Source: Pyrinomonadaceae bacterium
GTDB lineage: Bacteria > Acidobacteriota > Blastocatellia > Pyrinomonadales > Pyrinomonadaceae
Reading direction: 5' to 3'
Assembly: GCA_036388635.1 (NCBI GenBank)
Contig: DASVRL010000422.1
Coordinates: 1,098 to 65,097, forward strand
Length of the DNA: 64,000 nucleotides
In this document: piece by piece, positions 15,645-24,302 of the stretch
How the letters are laid out: every line of letters begins with the position of its first letter
Position numbering within the stretch: the first letter of the stretch is position 1
Translations under genes and position numbers: made by a program
Notes under the pieces: generated by a model
Databases searched by the model: none
What the model saw: the letters and a program-made list of their open reading frames with translations, nothing else
Told to the model about the DNA's origin: nothing

Positions 15645-16049
15645 ATGAGCGTATCAGTAAATATAAAAGATTTAGGTTTGACCCGGCAGCGCGAGGTCGT
15701 TTTGCAGGTTATCCGCGCTGCCGAAGAGCATCTGACGGCAAACGAGGTTTTCGACAAAGCCAAGCAGCTTTTGCCGAGCATCAGTTTCGCGACGGTTTAC
15801 AATTCGCTGCGTTATCTGAAAGACGCCGGGCACATCGCGGAAATCAGCTTCGGCAACGGCGCGAGCCGTTTTGATTCGATGACTTCCAGGCACGACCACG
15901 CCATCTGCACCAAATGCGGGAAGCTGGTCGATATGGAAATAGAGCTTCCGCCGGAAGTCGTTAATTTCGCGGCGGAATTTTCCAAATTCAAACTTGAATC
16001 CATCGAATTAACTCTGCGCGGATTATGTCCTAATTGCAGTAATACTTAA
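15645..16049 (+). CDS. Fur-family transcriptional regulator (PerR-like by context)
   Basis: 134 aa with a winged-helix N-terminus. The metal-site motifs are HDHAICTKCGK and CPNC. It lies directly upstream of a peroxiredoxin gene. Confidence 0.85.
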   Translation: MSVSVNIKDLGLTRQREVVLQVIRAAEEHLTANEVFDKAKQLLPSISFATVYNSLRYLKDAGHIAEISFGNGASRFDSMTSRHDHAICTKCGKLVDMEIELPPEVVNFAAEFSKFKLESIELTLRGLCPNCSNT

Positions 16050-16075
16050 TTTTAACAAATCAAGGAGATTTTTTT

Positions 16076-16663
16076 ATGGCGACAGCTACAGGAACAGCGA
16101 CGGAAAATACTGCGACGACGACTTTGGCGAAAGTCGGACAACCGGCGCCGGATTTTAATATGCCTTCGACCAAGAATATGGAAACGCTGGCGGAAAACGT
16201 CAAGCTTTCCGATTACAAAGGCAAATGGTTGATTTTATTGTTTTACCCGCTCGATTTTACATTCGTCTGCCCGACGGAATTGACCGCTTTTTCGGACAGA
16301 CTCGACGAACTGACCGGCATCGGCGCGGAAGTTATCGGCGTTTCGACCGATTCGGTTCATTCGCATCGCGCGTGGATTAAAACGCCGCGCGACCAGAACG
16401 GCGTTGCGGATTTGCAATATCCGCTTGCCTCGGACACGGGCGGCAGACTCGCGGCGAAATACAACATTCTGGTGGAAGAAGAAGGCATCGCGCTGCGCGG
16501 ACTTTTCATTATCAATCCGGAAGGCATTCTGCAGTATGCGGTCGTTCACGATTTGAACATCGGACGCTCGGTTGACGAAACGCTGCGCGTTCTGCAAGGA
16601 TTGCAAACCGGCGGATTGTGTGCGGCTGACTGGACGCCCGGACAGGAAAACTTAAAAGTATAA
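16076..16663 (+). CDS. typical 2-Cys peroxiredoxin (AhpC/Tsa family)
   Basis: It has the peroxidatic motif FYPLDFTFVCPTEL and the resolving-Cys region GGLCAADWTPG. SD AAGGAGA lies upstream. Confidence 0.9.
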   Translation: MATATGTATENTATTTLAKVGQPAPDFNMPSTKNMETLAENVKLSDYKGKWLILLFYPLDFTFVCPTELTAFSDRLDELTGIGAEVIGVSTDSVHSHRAWIKTPRDQNGVADLQYPLASDTGGRLAAKYNILVEEEGIALRGLFIINPEGILQYAVVHDLNIGRSVDETLRVLQGLQTGGLCAADWTPGQENLKV

Positions 16664-16680
16664 CTTTTAGAACAGGTTAC

Positions 16681-16726
16681 AAGAGGCGAGAGAACAGCGA
16701 TATTCTTTCGTCTCTTACTTTTTTTA
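16681..16726 (+). terminator. intrinsic terminator after the peroxiredoxin gene
   Basis: The stem is AAGAGGCGAGAG (16681-16692) pairing with CTTTCGTCTCTT (16705-16716), including two G-U pairs. A T-run follows at 16719-16725. Confidence 0.75.
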
Positions 16727-16935
16727 TGCATAAGTGGAAAAATAATTTATGCGAACAAGCGGGAAGAAACGCCTGCTGCCAAGGTCTGGGGCTAAGCTCG
16801 GATAATCAGGAAAACGCGCAGACAGCGTAAAATTTATTTACTGAAGCCCTTTTGTAGCGCGGCGTAATTGTTGTAAGACAAAAGGCTTCTGCCGGAAAGG
16901 CTATTTTATATTTTTATATTAAGAGGTGATTTAAT

Positions 16936-17415
16936 ATGCCGATGAGAATTGGAGACGCGCGCCCGTCGTTTGAAGGCGCGACCGAGTGGCTCAACGAATT
17001 GCAGGAAACCGCCGACGATTATGTCAACGGTCAGCCGACGCTCGTTTATTTCTGGGCGACGAGCTGCGGAATCTGCAAGGAAAATATGCCGAAATTGCAG
17101 GAATTAAAAGCGAAATTTAAAGACCAGGGCTTGCGCACGGTGGCGATTCATATGCCGCGCTACGAAGCCGACACGGATTTGGAAAAAGTCAAAGCGACCA
17201 TTGCCGAACATTGCATTGACGACGTCTGCGCCATCGACAACCAGCACAAATTAAAGGAAGCCTTTCTGAACGAACAGGGCTGGGTTCCGGTTTATTATCT
17301 GTTTGACGCGGACGGAAAATTGAAATCGCGCGCGGCGGGCGAATTCGGCGTCAACGTTTTGAACGGCGCGCTCGAAAAAATGTTTCCCGCGCAGTCCAGC
17401 GAAGCAAACGCTTAG
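16936..17415 (+). CDS. thioredoxin-fold thiol:disulfide oxidoreductase (TlpA/YkuV-like), cytoplasmic
   Basis: It has the motif YFWATSCGICKENMPKL (CxxC), no signal peptide, and SD AAGAGGTGA upstream. Confidence 0.8.
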   Translation: MPMRIGDARPSFEGATEWLNELQETADDYVNGQPTLVYFWATSCGICKENMPKLQELKAKFKDQGLRTVAIHMPRYEADTDLEKVKATIAEHCIDDVCAIDNQHKLKEAFLNEQGWVPVYYLFDADGKLKSRAAGEFGVNVLNGALEKMFPAQSSEANA

Positions 17416-17467
17416 TTTTACAAAAACAGGCGCAAACGCCAGAGCAGCGCCGGAGCGTTTTTTTGAA

Positions 17468-17524
17468 CGAAAAGTGAAAAGTGAAAAGTGGATAGTGAAA
17501 ACACTATTCACTTTTCACTTTTCG
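17468..17524. repeat. heptamer-array hairpin between convergent genes (possible terminator)
   Basis: CGAAAAGTGAAAAGTGAAAAGTGGATAGTG (17468-17497), an AAAA loop, then CACTATTCACTTTTCACTTTTCG (17502-17524). The arms are built from GTGAAAA units around a GATAGT/ACTAT core like family A. Confidence 0.8.
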
Positions 17525-17559
17525 ACACACTCCGGCGCTGCCGGCGTTTCTGCTTTTAT

Positions 17560-18936
17560 TTAATCGCAGCTGCAATCGCAGCATCCGTCGCAACCGCAAT
17601 TATCACAACACCCGCTGCAACAATTGCAGCCTTCACAACAGCTGCTACTGCCCTCGCCGCCGCAATCGCAGCAGCAACATTCGCAAGAATCGCACCAACC
17701 TTCACCGCCGCCCGAATCGCCGCTGCTTCCTTTTCTGAGTTTCTTTTTGCGACCTTCTTTGGTTAAAAGCTCTTCGGGATTTTCCATCAAAATCGTTTTT
17801 GGAAAAGCCAGAACCGACCCGAAAATTGCGCCGAGAAACATCAGGTTAAAACTCAAATCAAAACATTCGCGCGCCGATTTTGCATCTTTCGTCTGCGCGG
17901 GCGCAACGAGGGCAAAGGCAAACACGAAAATAAAAACCAGCGGCATCTGCCACGAAAACCCGCCCGCCATTTTGCGCGCCGCTCGCGCCGCGTTTTGCCA
18001 CCTTTCCGAAAAACTTTGTTTACGTCCGGGCGGGCAAGCTTTTTTCGTTTTCAAAACGGGCAAGGATGTTTTCAGTTTTCTTTGCAGATTCTGCTTGAGA
18101 CGCGAGACAAAAAGCGTTTTTTGATTTTCCGCAATTGGTAATTTGTAAATTTCGGCGGTGATTTCGCTTTCCAGTTTCTGCAAAATCGAAATGATTTTTC
18201 GCTTGATTTCAGCCGGAATTTTTTCTTCATCCTGGCGAAACGCGGCGCGAATCGCATTGAATTGTTTGCGCCGGAAATCTTTCTCGTAATCTTCAAAAGC
18301 GTCGAGCAGGTAAATCAATTTTCCGAAGCGAAAACCGATTTCCGCAGCCGAATTTTCAAGCCGGCTTTTGCCGGTTAGCCTCGCGCCTTCGCCGAAAAAA
18401 ATCGCGGTCGCCTCGGCGGTCGGGCGCGAAAGCTCATTTAAAATTTCGCCCGGAGTTTTGTTCGATTGCCGGGAAGCGGTCTCGATTGTTTCCTGAGCGG
18501 ACAAAATTTTCCGAACCGTTTCAAACGGAAATTTCCATTCCTCCAGCTTTCTTTGCGCCTTTTGAAAACTGTTCGAGAAAGTTTTTCGCGCGATTTTGCC
18601 CGCGCGGGAATTTTCATCCGTGATTTTGTCGGCAAGCTTGAATTCGGCGAGGATGAGATTAGCCGTTGCCGCAAATTCGAGCGGCAGAGGCATCTCGTTT
18701 TTCGGCAAACTCAAACAATTGTAAGATTGATAAGCGCTCTGCCAATCCCGTACATTTTCGTCATTGAGACTCGTTAAAAGCTCTGCCAGAAAAACCGTGT
18801 CGTGATTAAGCAGAAATCGCGATTTTTGCCCGTAAAGACTGCCGATGGTCTTGCACGTTCCGCAATAATGAAGCCGCCGGAAATTTTTCTCCGCGTCGGA
18901 CATTCCGCATTTTTTGACCCGCATCAAGCCGAACAT
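17560..18936 (-). CDS. DUF5685-like membrane protein with a hyper-cysteine acidic C-terminal tail
   Basis: The N-terminus MFGLMRVKKCGMSDAEKNFRRLHYCGTCKTIGSLYGQKSR matches the pattern I recall for DUF5685. Two TM helices lie near residues 330-390. The last 45 aa (WCDSCECCCCDCGGEGSSSCCEGCNCCSGCCDNCGCDGCCDCSCD) contain 20 Cys. Confidence 0.7.
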   Translation of the reverse strand: MFGLMRVKKCGMSDAEKNFRRLHYCGTCKTIGSLYGQKSRFLLNHDTVFLAELLTSLNDENVRDWQSAYQSYNCLSLPKNEMPLPLEFAATANLILAEFKLADKITDENSRAGKIARKTFSNSFQKAQRKLEEWKFPFETVRKILSAQETIETASRQSNKTPGEILNELSRPTAEATAIFFGEGARLTGKSRLENSAAEIGFRFGKLIYLLDAFEDYEKDFRRKQFNAIRAAFRQDEEKIPAEIKRKIISILQKLESEITAEIYKLPIAENQKTLFVSRLKQNLQRKLKTSLPVLKTKKACPPGRKQSFSERWQNAARAARKMAGGFSWQMPLVFIFVFAFALVAPAQTKDAKSARECFDLSFNLMFLGAIFGSVLAFPKTILMENPEELLTKEGRKKKLRKGSSGDSGGGEGWCDSCECCCCDCGGEGSSSCCEGCNCCSGCCDNCGCDGCCDCSCD

Positions 18937-18944
18937 TTTTCACC

Positions 18945-19478
18945 TCAGAAATTAAGAGAATCCCAGATTCCCCTGAAAACAGTTCCCAAAATATACAAGC
19001 TTACTAAAATCGAGCCGACCAGAATGGCGATTAAAATCAGGATTACCAGCAGCACGAAAATATAATCGCCCGCTGTGCCCTTGTCTTTTCCCGTCGCGCG
19101 TTCGCGAATCAAATCCATATTCTGCTTGTTCGATTTCCAGAAAAAATCGAACGCGTCGCCCAGAAACGGAATCGCGCCGACCACATAATCGAGCCCGATA
19201 TTGAAAGCCATCCGGAGCAGCGTGATTTTCGGCACGCCGTAGCGCACGCCGGCGACGAGAATATAAAACGAAAGAAGCGACGTCGCCATATCGCCGACGT
19301 TCGGAACCAAGCCGATCAGCGCGTCAAGCCCGAAACGCCAGCCGACGACCGGAATTTTCACCCAATCGTCGAGATAGCGCGAAAGGCTTTCCAGACTTTC
19401 TTCCAGCTCGATTCGTTTGCGTTCTTCTTTTGATAAGCCGAAAGCGTTTCGTTTTTGAATTTCTTCCTGTAATTTCAT
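18945..19478 (-). CDS. DUF4112 domain membrane protein
   Basis: It has the motif DDWVKIPVVGWRFGLDALIGLVPNVGDMATSLLSFYIL and a C-terminal TM helix. Its stop lies 8 nt upstream of the next start, so the two genes are likely one operon. Confidence 0.7.
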   Translation of the reverse strand: MKLQEEIQKRNAFGLSKEERKRIELEESLESLSRYLDDWVKIPVVGWRFGLDALIGLVPNVGDMATSLLSFYILVAGVRYGVPKITLLRMAFNIGLDYVVGAIPFLGDAFDFFWKSNKQNMDLIRERATGKDKGTAGDYIFVLLVILILIAILVGSILVSLYILGTVFRGIWDSLNF

Positions 19479-19505
19479 AGTTTCAATAAATCGCGTTGAG
19501 ATTTT

Positions 19506-19937
19506 CTAATTTCCACTCGTTTTCATCACGAACAAAGAAAACGAAACGTTTTCCAGATGTCCTTCATAATAATCACGCCGCGAAACCCAATACGAGAGCG
19601 AAATTTTATCGGCGGAATCCTCTCTTCCGCCGATTCTCCAGTTTTCAATTTTGTATCTGGTTTCATTTTCCAGAAATTGATTCTTCCGGTCGTCGCTCGT
19701 GTCGTTTAAGTATGGAATTATCGCTTCCGTGTTGCCGTTTTTTAATTCTCGCAAAACTTCCTCAGCCATTTTTTCCGGCTGTTTATTACGAAAGGGATTC
19801 ATCAAACAATAATCTCTCGGTCGAATCGAGTCGTCGAGAGAAGCGCACAGGAGCGCCGGGCGGGAATTTCGCTGCAAATATAAAAGAAGAGAAACGGCAA
19901 TAAAGAAAATCAAAATTGATATAACGACTTTTTTCAT
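19506..19937 (-). CDS. membrane-anchored hypothetical protein
   Basis: It has an N-terminal TM/signal anchor (MKKVVISILIFFIAVSLLLYL). Its start overlaps the stop of the upstream gene by 4 nt (19934-19937). Confidence 0.55.
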   Translation of the reverse strand: MKKVVISILIFFIAVSLLLYLQRNSRPALLCASLDDSIRPRDYCLMNPFRNKQPEKMAEEVLRELKNGNTEAIIPYLNDTSDDRKNQFLENETRYKIENWRIGGREDSADKISLSYWVSRRDYYEGHLENVSFSLFVMKTSGN

Positions 19938-22153
19938 TTCTTTCTTTGCCTTTTCGCTGCCGGGCGAAAAACGCTTTCCATAATCTGCACTTTCAAAATT
20001 TTATCGCCGCGCGCCAGATTATCTACGATTTTCATGTCGCTTTCGTTCACTCGACCGAAAACCGTGTAGCCGCCGTCCAGATGCGGCGTCTGCGAATGCG
20101 TCACAAACCACTGCGAGCCGCCCGTGTCTTTCCCGGACAGAGCCATTCCGACCGCGCCGCGCTCGTAAGGAATCGGGTTGATTTCGCAGCGAATCTGCCA
20201 GCCCGGACCGCCGTTGCCGTCGCCGCGCGGGTCGCCGTCCTGCATCACGAAATTCGGGACGACGCGATGAATCGAAACGTTGTTGTAATAACCCGAGCGC
20301 GCCAGCTTAATGAAATTATCGACCGCGAGCGGCGCGTCTTCCGGGAAAAAGTCAATCGTGAACGCGCCTTTTTCGGTCGTCACGACGGCTTTCACCTGCC
20401 CGTTTTTGCGCGAAACGGCGCGCGTGTAATCGGCTGGCGTATTCAGGATTTGTCCGAGCCGCGAGCCGTAGCCGTACGGCAAAACTCTTTCCTGTCCCTT
20501 GCCGCTGGCGACTTCCAGCATCGTCGGAATGCCGGGCGAGTCTTTTTCCAGATCTTTCGTCCGCAAAAGCTCGAAGGCTTTTTTGCGAACGATGTAATCT
20601 TTGGAACTAAGCGCAATCAGAAGATTGCCGGTCGATTTGCTGCGGTCTAATTTGAACAGCGCGTCCATAATCGCCAGCAGCGCGTCGTTGTAATCGCCGT
20701 CGGTCAAAAGAGCCTTCGTAAAAGCGCTTTCCAGAGCCTTGAAATTTTCTTCCGTCAACGGTCGCTCGGCGATAAGCTCGGCGGCGGTCGCGCGCAGGAA
20801 AACGTCTGGATTCTCCATCTGAGCGCGCAAAATTTGGTCGAGATTGTCCGGTTTGAGAGCCGCCAGAGCGCGCAGCATATCCGGCAAAGCCTTCATCATT
20901 TCGTGCCGATAAGCAGTTTTCACGCCCGTAATGCTGCCGCTGAGATACGAAGTTAAAGTTTCGCCCGCGCGAACTTTCAGCGAAACGTTTTCCGAATTCC
21001 CGAAATCGCCCAAGCCCTGCGCGTAAGCCGAGGCGACGCGCCAATTCGCGTAACCGTTATTTTTCGTTTTGAATTCCGTCAAATATTTTTCCGGCGCGAC
21101 GCGGGCGAAAGCGATTTCCGTTTCGGGCGATTGAAATTTATCGAGCTCACGGAAATTTCGTAAAAACTCCAGCGCGCCTTCGTCGTTTGAATTCGGCAAA
21201 AGCCTGCCGAGCGTCGCGGCAATTTCCAAAAGTTCGTTTTTCTGCCACGGATTCGCATTTTTCGCCTTCGCCAATGGATAAGCATCGAGAAGCTTGTTTC
21301 CGTAATCCAGCAAAGGCGCGACGGCTTTTTTGTCTTTTAAGCTGCCGAGCGCGCGAATAGCGCTGACGCGGACGCGCGAATCCTGATCTTTCGCCGCCGC
21401 TTCGATCAAAAGCGTCAACGCAGTTTTGTCTTCCGCGATTCCCAAAATTCGCGCCGCATTTGCCCGCGCTGTCGGCTCTTCGTCGGAAACGAGCATCGCG
21501 CGCAGCGGTTCGTTGTAGTTTTTGGCGCGCAGCCGCGCCAGAGTGTTACCGGCGTCGGCGCGAATCTGCGCGTCCGGGCTGGCGAGAAATTTTGATGCGA
21601 CAAAATCGCCTTTCGCGGGGCGCGTTCGCAAAATGGCGGTTAAGCCGAGCAGAATCAGTTGTTTGTCCGGTCTGGGCTGGCGCGCTTCAAACTCGACGGC
21701 GTCGATAATCGCTTCGGCGAGCTCGTCGGATTTCTTTTTGTCGGCGGCGGCGATGGCGGCTCCGATTTTTCCGGCGGCTTCGAGACTCCGCGCTCGCACA
21801 ACGGCGGAGTTTTTTTCGTTTTTGAGCGTTTCCAAAACGGCGTCCGCGCCTTTTACCGATTCGATTTCGCCGACGGCAAACGCCGCCATTGCGCGAACGG
21901 CGTCCGAATCTTTGTCCAGCAGATTGATCAGCGCGGGAATCGAGCGTTCGTCGCCGATTCTCCCGGCGGCGAGCGCGGCACGAGCGCGAATCTGCGCGTC
22001 CGGGTTCAGCAAAAGATTTTCCAGCGTTTTGTCATAGCGGCGCTCGTCTTCGGCGCGGACGATTTGCACCAGCACGGCGGTCGGAATCTGGGCAAACGCG
22101 GTTTGCGAAAAACAAACAAAGATGGCGAAGAAAATTAATAGAAGTTTTTTCAT
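19934..22153 (-). CDS. secreted HEAT-repeat protein fused to a cyclophilin-type peptidyl-prolyl isomerase
   Basis: It has a signal peptide (MKKLLLIFFAIFVCFSQTAFAQ). About 550 aa of HEAT/PBS-lyase-like repeats (RARAALAAGRIGDERSIPALI...) follow. The C-terminal PPIase core shows FHRVVPNFVMQDGDPRGDGNGGPGW...SQWFVT. Confidence 0.85.
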   Translation of the reverse strand: MKKLLLIFFAIFVCFSQTAFAQIPTAVLVQIVRAEDERRYDKTLENLLLNPDAQIRARAALAAGRIGDERSIPALINLLDKDSDAVRAMAAFAVGEIESVKGADAVLETLKNEKNSAVVRARSLEAAGKIGAAIAAADKKKSDELAEAIIDAVEFEARQPRPDKQLILLGLTAILRTRPAKGDFVASKFLASPDAQIRADAGNTLARLRAKNYNEPLRAMLVSDEEPTARANAARILGIAEDKTALTLLIEAAAKDQDSRVRVSAIRALGSLKDKKAVAPLLDYGNKLLDAYPLAKAKNANPWQKNELLEIAATLGRLLPNSNDEGALEFLRNFRELDKFQSPETEIAFARVAPEKYLTEFKTKNNGYANWRVASAYAQGLGDFGNSENVSLKVRAGETLTSYLSGSITGVKTAYRHEMMKALPDMLRALAALKPDNLDQILRAQMENPDVFLRATAAELIAERPLTEENFKALESAFTKALLTDGDYNDALLAIMDALFKLDRSKSTGNLLIALSSKDYIVRKKAFELLRTKDLEKDSPGIPTMLEVASGKGQERVLPYGYGSRLGQILNTPADYTRAVSRKNGQVKAVVTTEKGAFTIDFFPEDAPLAVDNFIKLARSGYYNNVSIHRVVPNFVMQDGDPRGDGNGGPGWQIRCEINPIPYERGAVGMALSGKDTGGSQWFVTHSQTPHLDGGYTVFGRVNESDMKIVDNLARGDKILKVQIMESVFRPAAKRQRKK

Positions 22154-22279
22154 TTTCGGATTACGGATTCTCTCGGAATATCGAGAATTATTTTACAACA
22201 CATCGGGAAATTTAAAAGAAAAACGAGCGCAGCTTTTGAATTTGCGCCCGCACCGGATTTTATCTTCGTCGATTCGTTT

Positions 22280-23218
22280 TTATTTTATCTTAATATTTTT
22301 GACTTCGACTTTGCCCTGTATTTCGGGCGGCAGAACAATCTGCGGAAGGCTTTCGCCGTTTTCGTTTGGCGCGAATACGATTTGCAGCTCGTCGGCTCGG
22401 AGGTCTTCCAGAATCGAGCGCGCGCCGAACAGCAAAACGGTCGCATTTTTTGTTTCGGTTTCTGTTTTATAGGGCACGACAAACAATCTTTCGGTGCGTT
22501 TTTCGCCGATTCTGAAGGTGACGTCGACAATCGTATCGAGCAGCGTAATTTTAGGATTGACAACGTTTAAGCCGATTTGTCGCTGGGTAAAATCCTGTTT
22601 GTGATTATCGAGCGTAATTTTTTCGGTGGAAATTGAATCGAGCGAGTTGACGAAGCTTTCCGGTCCGCGCACGCGCACTTTTGCCGGCACGACCATCTGC
22701 GCGTAAATCTCGAAACCGTCGGCGGTATTGCCTTCGATTTCCGGCTTGACCGAAATTTCGCGTTCTTCGACTCTTTCCAGCTTGACGGCGATTTTGCCGG
22801 GCTGAATCTCGTCGATTTTTAAGCCGCTCGGCAGCTCGACGTTTATGTTTTCCGGCGTCAGCTGAATGGTTCGCTCGCCCGCCGTGACGTCCGTCAAATC
22901 AATGGAAACAACCAAATCTTCGCTTCTGAGGCGCGAAATTTTCGTTTTGTCGCCGGTGACAACGATATCGACTTCTTTCAAAGGCGAGTTGGTGGCGTCC
23001 ATATCGCTCGAAAAATTCAGAATCAGCGGGACGCTGTTCAATCGCCGGGAAGTCGGTTTTTGCAGTCCGGTGACGCCTAGCCACAATGCCGCCGTGATGC
23101 CGAGCGCCACGAGTTTCGTGCCCCAGTCTTCGAGAAAGACGCGGCGAATCGCGCGGCGAAAAAATATCTGCCGCTGCTCTTTTTCGAAAAATTTCTCGGT
23201 CGGAAACGAGAAAAGCAT
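22280..23218 (-). CDS. cdaR: YbbR-domain protein (CdaR-like regulator of diadenylate cyclase)
   Basis: It has a TM anchor followed by repeated YbbR-like beta modules, and lies immediately downstream of cdaA. The start is uncertain. The listed TTG at 23239 falls inside a repeat element, so I chose the ATG at 23218. Confidence 0.7.
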   Translation of the reverse strand: MLFSFPTEKFFEKEQRQIFFRRAIRRVFLEDWGTKLVALGITAALWLGVTGLQKPTSRRLNSVPLILNFSSDMDATNSPLKEVDIVVTGDKTKISRLRSEDLVVSIDLTDVTAGERTIQLTPENINVELPSGLKIDEIQPGKIAVKLERVEEREISVKPEIEGNTADGFEIYAQMVVPAKVRVRGPESFVNSLDSISTEKITLDNHKQDFTQRQIGLNVVNPKITLLDTIVDVTFRIGEKRTERLFVVPYKTETETKNATVLLFGARSILEDLRADELQIVFAPNENGESLPQIVLPPEIQGKVEVKNIKIK

Positions 23219-23223
23219 AGTCG

Positions 23224-23315
23224 TAAATGCAAAATTCAAAACGCGAAAGGCAAAATGCCGGAGTAAAATTTCAGATTTGATTTTGGCTTATTCATTTTGC
23301 CTTTTGCCTCTTGTA
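23224..23315. repeat. tandem-unit palindromic element, family C copy 1 (cdaA-cdaR spacer)
   Basis: TAAATGCAAAATTCAAAACGCGAAAGGCAAAATGCC lies at 23224-23259. The stem is AAGGCAAAATG (23247-23257) pairing with CATTTTGCCTT (23293-23303). The right arm has TTTTGCC x2 plus TTTTGCT. The element is related to 24952-24989. Confidence 0.75.
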
Positions 23316-23321
23316 TTTTGC

Positions 23322-24167
23322 TTATCCAATCGTGATTTCCGATTCGGCTTCCTTCATCGTCTTGGTCGCCTTTCGTTTTCTTTCGATGACGGGAATATCC
23401 ATCGCGTTTAAAAGCAGGCTGCGCAGCTGGTTGGTGTCCAGGTTTCGCTTCATCCGCCCGCCGTCGATAAAAGAAATCAAGCCGGTTTCTTCGGAGACGA
23501 CGATTGAAACGGCGTCGGTGTCTTCGGTAATGCCGATGGCGGCGCGGTGGCGCGTGCCGAGCTCGCGCGAAATGCTCGGATTTTTCGTCAGCGGCAAAAA
23601 GACGGAAGCGGCGACGATGCGCTCGCGCTGAATAATGACCGCGCCGTCGTGCAGCGGCGTGGACGGATTGAATATCGTCACGAGCAAATCGTAAGTCAAC
23701 TTTGCGTCGAGCTGGACGCCCGCATCGCTCAGATTTCGCAAGCCGACGTTTCTTTCCAGAACAATCAACGCGCCGATTTTCTCCGATGAGAGCGTCGTCG
23801 CCGCCAGCACGACTTCATCGTAAATCGTTTCGCCGAGCTGCCCGCGCTGGCGCCGAAAAACGGGAAAGCGCAGCTGGTTGCCGAAATAAATCAAAGCCTG
23901 CCGGATTTCCGATTGAAAAAGCACGATGACCGCGACGCCGACATAAAGCAGCGCGCCGCGCAAAACGAATTCGAGCGTCGCCAAATCCTGCGCGACCGCC
24001 AGCCAGTAAAGCAGACCGAGCGTGACCATTCCGACCGCCATCGGCATACCGCGAGTGCCGCGCAAAAGTTTGAGCAGGACATAGACAATGATGAAAACCA
24101 GCACAATGTCTATCGCGTTTCGCACGGTGTTAAATGCCGGAAGATATTCGCTAACAGGCGTCTGCAT
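23322..24167 (-). CDS. cdaA: diadenylate cyclase (c-di-AMP synthase), membrane-bound CdaA type
   Basis: It has three N-terminal TM helices. The DAC-domain motifs are LHDGAVII and GTRHRAAIGITEDTDAVSIVVSEETG. Confidence 0.9.
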   Translation of the reverse strand: MQTPVSEYLPAFNTVRNAIDIVLVFIIVYVLLKLLRGTRGMPMAVGMVTLGLLYWLAVAQDLATLEFVLRGALLYVGVAVIVLFQSEIRQALIYFGNQLRFPVFRRQRGQLGETIYDEVVLAATTLSSEKIGALIVLERNVGLRNLSDAGVQLDAKLTYDLLVTIFNPSTPLHDGAVIIQRERIVAASVFLPLTKNPSISRELGTRHRAAIGITEDTDAVSIVVSEETGLISFIDGGRMKRNLDTNQLRSLLLNAMDIPVIERKRKATKTMKEAESEITIG

Positions 24168-24302
24168 TATGGAAAATTCGGATTTTTGTTGCGTGTTTCA
24201 GATGCGAAATCCGGCGCACCCGAAACTAAAAACTAAAACGACCGCCTTCGTTTTGAAGTTCGACCAAGCGTTTGAAGTTGCCAAAGAAACTTTTTTTTCG
24301 CG

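Noticed and set aside
17488-17766. A 92-aa Ala/Thr/Ile-rich plus-strand ORF (…AAIAASVATAIITTPAATIAAFTTAATALAAAIAAATFARIA…)
   Set aside because: It is the antisense reading of the TGC/GCA-rich DNA that encodes the Cys-rich tail of the minus-strand gene 17560..18936. It starts inside a hairpin repeat and has no independent support.
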